Below are positions 28,995 to 32,000 of a stretch of DNA of 32,000 nucleotides, piece after piece. The stretch lies in the NCBI RefSeq assembly GCF_042660085.1, contig NZ_JBHSTI010000008.1:210001-242000 (forward strand). The letters run 5' to 3'. This DNA is from Longivirga aurantiaca (GTDB taxonomy: Bacteria > Actinomycetota > Actinomycetes > S36-B12 > CAIYMF01). The position numbers and the translations under genes were made by a program. Within the stretch, counting starts at the first letter, position 1. The number at the start of each line of letters is the position of its first letter. The notes beneath the pieces are model-generated. The model was not told where the DNA came from, did not search any database, and saw only the letters and a list, made by a program, of their open reading frames with translations.

Positions 28995-29912
28995 ATGACC
29001 GCGTTCGACGACCTGCTCGCTGCCGGGCCCGCCGCCATCGACGGCGGGCTCGCCTCCGAGCTCGAGGCGCGCGGCCACGACCTCACGGGGATCCTGTGGT
29101 CCGCGCGGCTGCTGCGCGACGACCCCGACGCCATCCGCGACGTGCACCGGTCGTACTACGAGGCCGGCGCGACCGTCGGGATCTCGGCGTCGTACCAGGC
29201 CTCCCGCTCGGGTTTCGCCCGTCAGGGTCTCGACGCCACCGACGCCGACAGGCTGCTCGCGCTGTCGGTGAAGCTGCTGCGCGAGGCGCGCGACGCCTCG
29301 ATCGGCGACCACCCGATGCTGGTCGCCGCATCCGTCGGCCCGTACGGCGCGACCCTGCACGACGGCAGCGAGTACCGCGGCCATTACGGCGTCCCGCACG
29401 CCCGGCTCGTGGACTTCCACGTCGAGCGCCTGCGCGTGCTGCTCGACGCCGAGCCCGACCTGCTCGCGATCGAGACGGTGCCCGACGTCGCCGAGGCCTG
29501 GGCGTTGATCGCCGCGCTCGACGAGGTGGGCAGCGACGTCCCCGCCTGGCTGTCGTTCTCGTGCGCCGACGACTCCACCACGTGCGCCGGGCAGCCGATC
29601 GAGGACGCCGTGGCGGTCGTGGCGTCGTCGTCGCGCCTGTCGGCGATCGGCGTCAACTGCACCAAGCCCGAGCACGTCGGCGGCCTCGTGGCGCGCATCC
29701 GCGCATCCGCTCCGCAGCTGCCGCTCGTCGTCTACCCGAACGCCGGCCGCGTGTGGGACGGCGAGGCCTCGATCTGGCTCGGCGACGGCACCGACGTTCT
29801 GCCGGACCCTGCGGTGCGCTCGTGGTTCGACGCCGGCGTCGGCCTCGTCGGCGGGTGCTGCGGCCTCGGCCCGGCCGCCATCGAGCGCGTCGCGGCGGTC
29901 GCGGCGAGCTGA
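28995..29912 (+). CDS. mmuM: Homocysteine S-methyltransferase
   Basis: 305 aa with IDGGLASELEARGHDL.G.LWSA, GVNCT and the C-terminal zinc-ligand GGCCG, typical of the Pfam S-methyl_trans family. Confidence 0.88.
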   Translation: MTAFDDLLAAGPAAIDGGLASELEARGHDLTGILWSARLLRDDPDAIRDVHRSYYEAGATVGISASYQASRSGFARQGLDATDADRLLALSVKLLREARDASIGDHPMLVAASVGPYGATLHDGSEYRGHYGVPHARLVDFHVERLRVLLDAEPDLLAIETVPDVAEAWALIAALDEVGSDVPAWLSFSCADDSTTCAGQPIEDAVAVVASSSRLSAIGVNCTKPEHVGGLVARIRASAPQLPLVVYPNAGRVWDGEASIWLGDGTDVLPDPAVRSWFDAGVGLVGGCCGLGPAAIERVAAVAAS

Positions 29913-29921
29913 CCGACCCCG

Positions 29922-29948
29922 GGCGGCCGGCACGCGTCGTGCCCCGCC
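29922..29948. terminator. Short bulged hairpin between convergent mmuM and LLM oxidoreductase
   Basis: ggcgg-cc-ggcacg-cgt-cgtgcc-ccgcc (6+5 bp, 2-nt bulge, 3-nt loop). Weak call. Confidence 0.3.
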
Positions 29949-29955
29949 GATCGCG

Positions 29956-30957
29956 TCAGGCGCTCGCGGCCGTCAGGCTCATCGCGTCGGCGAGGATGTC
30001 GAGCGAGCGCAGGCGCGAGGCCACGCTGCTCGCCTGGTGCACCACCATGAGCTCGTCGGCGTCGGCGTGCTCGCGGAACTGCTCGAGGTAGTCGCGCACG
30101 ACCTCGCGCGTGCCGATCGCGGCGTAGGTGAGCATCTCGTCGATGTGCGCCATCTGCGGCGACGCGAGGACCAGGTCGATCTCGTCCTCGGTGAGCGGCG
30201 CGCGCCCGCGCCCGAAGAACGTCTGCACGCGCATCCGGCGTACCGCCTGCAGCTCGGCGTCGGCCTGCGCCTGGGTGTCGGCCGCGATCACGGTGACGCC
30301 GGCGACGACGTACGGCGAGTCGAGCTGCTCCGACGGCTGGAACGTCGATCGGTAGATCGCGACCGCCTGCTGCAGCGAGTGCGGCGCGAAGTGCGACGCG
30401 AAGCCGAAGGGAAGCCCGAGGTGCGCCGCGAGCTGGGCGCCGAACAGCGACGAGCCGAGGATGTAGAGCGGCACGTCGGTGCCGCGGCCGGGGGTGGCGT
30501 TGACACCGGGGATGCGGGTGCGGTCGGTGAGATAGCCCTGCAGCTCGACGACGTCCTGCGGGAACGTCTCGGCCGCGGCGGGGGAGCGGCGCAGCGCACG
30601 CAGGGTCTCCTGGTCGGTGCCGGGCGCGCGGCCGAGGCCGAGGTCGATGCGGCCGGGGTGCAGCGTGGCGAGGGTGCCGAACTGCTCGGCGATCACGAGC
30701 GGCGAGTGGTTGGGCAGCATGACGCCGCCCGCGCCGAGCCGGATCGAGTCGGTGTGCGCGGCGACATGCGCGATGAGCACGCTCGTGGCCGAGGACGCGA
30801 TCGACGCCATGTTGTGGTGCTCGGCGTACCAGATCCGGTGGTAGCCGAGCCGCTCCGCACGGCGCGCGAGGGCGACGCAGCCGTCGAGGCCGTCACGGAC
30901 GGACTCGCCCGGTGCGACCACCGCGAGGTCGAGCACGGAGAGCGGTACGGCGGACAA
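29956..30957 (-). CDS. LLM-class flavin-dependent oxidoreductase (luciferase-family group 1, YhbW-like)
   Basis: 333 aa. TTG start at 30957 with GAGAGG 7 nt upstream. [10 protein letters not shown]...[19 protein letters not shown]...[44 protein letters not shown]. Confidence 0.9.
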   Translation of the reverse strand: MSAVPLSVLDLAVVAPGESVRDGLDGCVALARRAERLGYHRIWYAEHHNMASIASSATSVLIAHVAAHTDSIRLGAGGVMLPNHSPLVIAEQFGTLATLHPGRIDLGLGRAPGTDQETLRALRRSPAAAETFPQDVVELQGYLTDRTRIPGVNATPGRGTDVPLYILGSSLFGAQLAAHLGLPFGFASHFAPHSLQQAVAIYRSTFQPSEQLDSPYVVAGVTVIAADTQAQADAELQAVRRMRVQTFFGRGRAPLTEDEIDLVLASPQMAHIDEMLTYAAIGTREVVRDYLEQFREHADADELMVVHQASSVASRLRSLDILADAMSLTAASA

Positions 30958-31068
30958 CGGCGGCCTCTCGTCGGGGCGGGTGCCTCACGAGCATCGCACT
31001 TCATGCCGCTGTCGTGGCGGCCGGGCCGGCGCGCCTCGCAGCCGCGGGAATGGATGGTGGGGAGGCGT

Positions 31069-31111
31069 CGTTGCAGCGAATATACCCCATGGGGGTATAT
31101 TCGCTGCAACG
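31069..31111. promoter_or_regulatory. Perfect 43-bp palindrome (20-nt arms, 3-nt spacer): candidate operator plus bidirectional promoter
   Basis: cgttgcagcgaatatacccc-atg-ggggtatattcgctgcaacg. The core is TACCC-N5-GGGTA. TATATT at 31096-31101 (+) and its mirror at 31084-31079 (-) are the only TANNNT hexamers in the 168-bp divergent gap. Each has TTGCAG 19 nt upstream. Confidence 0.6.
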
Positions 31112-31125
31112 TACCGGAGGTCCTC

Positions 31126-31653
31126 ATGGCACTCGACGCACTGACCCGCACGGCCGTCACGGCGACCCTGCACTGCCTCACCGGCTGCGCGATCGGCGAG
31201 GTGCTCGGTCTGGTCCTCGCCACCTGGTGGGGCTGGGCGACGGCGCCGAGCATCGCCCTGGCCGTGGGCCTCGCGTTCGTGTTCGGCTACGCCTTCACCC
31301 TTGTCCCCGTGCTCCGCTCGGGGATGTCGGTGCGGCGCGCGGTCGGTGTCGCGCTCGCCGCGGACACGGTCTCCATCGTCACGATGGAGGTCATCGACAA
31401 CGGCGTGATGCTCGCGGTGCCGGGGGCGATGGACTCCGGTCTGGGTGACCCACTCTTCTGGGGCGCCCTCGTCTTCGCGCTGGTGGTCGCCTTCGTCCTC
31501 ACCGTGCCGGTGAACCGGTGGCTCATCGCGCGGGGCAAGGGCCACGCCGTCGTCCACGGCATGCACCAGGGGCACCGGGAGAACTCCGCGCACGACGACC
31601 ACTCCGCGCACGACGACCACTCCGCGCACGACGACCACTCCGCGCACGTCTGA
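31126..31653 (+). CDS. Small polytopic membrane protein, DUF4396-like, with HCLTGC motif and His/Asp-rich C-terminal tail
   Basis: ATG at 31126 with GGAGG 6 nt upstream, 175 aa: MALDALTRTAVTATLHCLTGCAIGEV..., about 4 hydrophobic segments, ...GKGHAVVHGMHQGHRENSAHDDHSAHDDHSAHDDHSAHV. It is the C-terminal part of the spurious 538-aa track ORF 30037-31653. Confidence 0.8.
   Translation: MALDALTRTAVTATLHCLTGCAIGEVLGLVLATWWGWATAPSIALAVGLAFVFGYAFTLVPVLRSGMSVRRAVGVALAADTVSIVTMEVIDNGVMLAVPGAMDSGLGDPLFWGALVFALVVAFVLTVPVNRWLIARGKGHAVVHGMHQGHRENSAHDDHSAHDDHSAHDDHSAHV
31582..31648 (+). repeat. In-frame 18-bp tandem repeat, about 3.7 copies (cactccgcgcacgacgac)
   Basis: Units lie at 31582-31599 (first base a instead of c), 31600-31617, 31618-31635, and a partial unit at 31636-31648. 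They are otherwise identical and encode (H/N)SAHDD. Confidence 0.95.
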
Positions 31654-31694
31654 CCGGTCTCACCGGGGTTCGCCGCGTACGGCGGACCGCGCGG

Positions 31695-32000
31695 CTAGAG
31701 GCCCAGGTCGCGGCCGATGAGCTCCTTCATGATCTCGTTCGATCCGGCCCAGATCTTGGTGACGCGGGCGTCGCGCCAGGCGCGGGCGACGCGGTACTCG
31801 TTCATGAAGCCGTAGCCGCCGTAGAGCTGCACGCACGCGTCGAGCACGTCGTTCTGCACCTGGGCCGACCACCACTTGGCCTTCGCGGCGTCCACAGCGC
31901 TGAGCTCGCCGTCGCAGAACGCGAGCACGCACTGGTCGACGAACGCCTGCGACACCTCGATCTGCGTCGTCAGCTCGGCGAGCAGGAACTTGTTGTGCTG
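31695..32000 (-). CDS. Acyl-CoA dehydrogenase, C-terminal part (gene continues beyond the window end)
   Basis: The reverse frame is open to nt 32000: QHNKFLLAELTTQIEVSQAFVDQCV...AKWWSAQVQNDVLDACVQLYGGYGFMNEYRVARAWRDARVTKIWAGSNEIMKELIGRDLGL, with a stop at 31695-31697. Confidence 0.88.
   Translation of the reverse strand, partial: QHNKFLLAELTTQIEVSQAFVDQCVLAFCDGELSAVDAAKAKWWSAQVQNDVLDACVQLYGGYGFMNEYRVARAWRDARVTKIWAGSNEIMKELIGRDLGL

Noticed and set aside
30037-31125. N-terminal 360+ codons of the 538-aa plus-strand ORF 30037-31653
   Set aside because: This part is antisense to the well-supported LLM oxidoreductase and crosses the promoter palindrome. The real gene starts at ATG 31126, behind a GGAGG RBS.
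31582-31648. Tandem repeats as a possible CRISPR array or minisatellite outside genes
   Set aside because: The repeats are contiguous with no spacers. They are 18 bp, in frame, and inside a CDS, so this is a coding tandem repeat and not a CRISPR array.
1-32000. Search for tRNA, rRNA, IS elements, integrases, phage genes, toxin-antitoxin or defence-system genes
   Set aside because: None were recognised. All gaps longer than 60 nt were read by eye. They contain only hairpins or promoter-like elements, and every substantial ORF with a credible composition has an ordinary assignment.

Overview
This is a high-GC (roughly 70%+ by eye) Actinomycetota chromosomal segment. Gene order and protein sequences look Micrococcales-like, but the taxon cannot be fixed from the window. 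It is dominated by the conserved translation-apparatus backbone, almost all on the + strand. In order: the end of the S10 operon (rplP 3' end, rpmC, rpsQ); the spc operon (rplN-rplX-rplE-rpsN-rpsH-rplF-rplR-rpsE-rpmD-rplO); secY-adk-map; infA-rpmJ-rpsM-rpsK-rpsD-rpoA-rplQ-truA; rplM-rpsI-glmM; glmS; and a translationally coupled acpS-nnr / alr-hydrolase-tsaE-tsaB-rimI-tsaD block. Non-backbone genes sit in the gaps: an orphan carbamate kinase plus an ABC-F ATPase between truA and rplM, a cold-shock protein and a minus-strand GNAT acetyltransferase between glmS and acpS, and a right-hand accessory end. That end holds an ABM-fold protein, homocysteine S-methyltransferase, a minus-strand LLM flavin oxidoreductase, a DUF4396-like His-rich membrane protein, and a partial minus-strand acyl-CoA dehydrogenase. 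I found no tRNA, rRNA, CRISPR array, IS element, integrase or phage gene. The many long antisense or alternate-frame ORFs in the track are high-GC artefacts. I see no convincing novel multi-gene system. The best lead is a perfect 43-bp palindrome (31069-31111) with a CsoR/RicR-like TACCC-N5-GGGTA core. It carries the only -10-like hexamers for the divergent LLM oxidoreductase and the membrane protein, whose gene ends in perfect 18-bp tandem repeats encoding a His/Asp-rich tail. This looks like a candidate metal-responsive module whose regulator is not in the window. Secondary leads are several unusually long perfect hairpins, structured leaders in front of r-protein genes and glmM, and the ABC-F/carbamate-kinase insertion.
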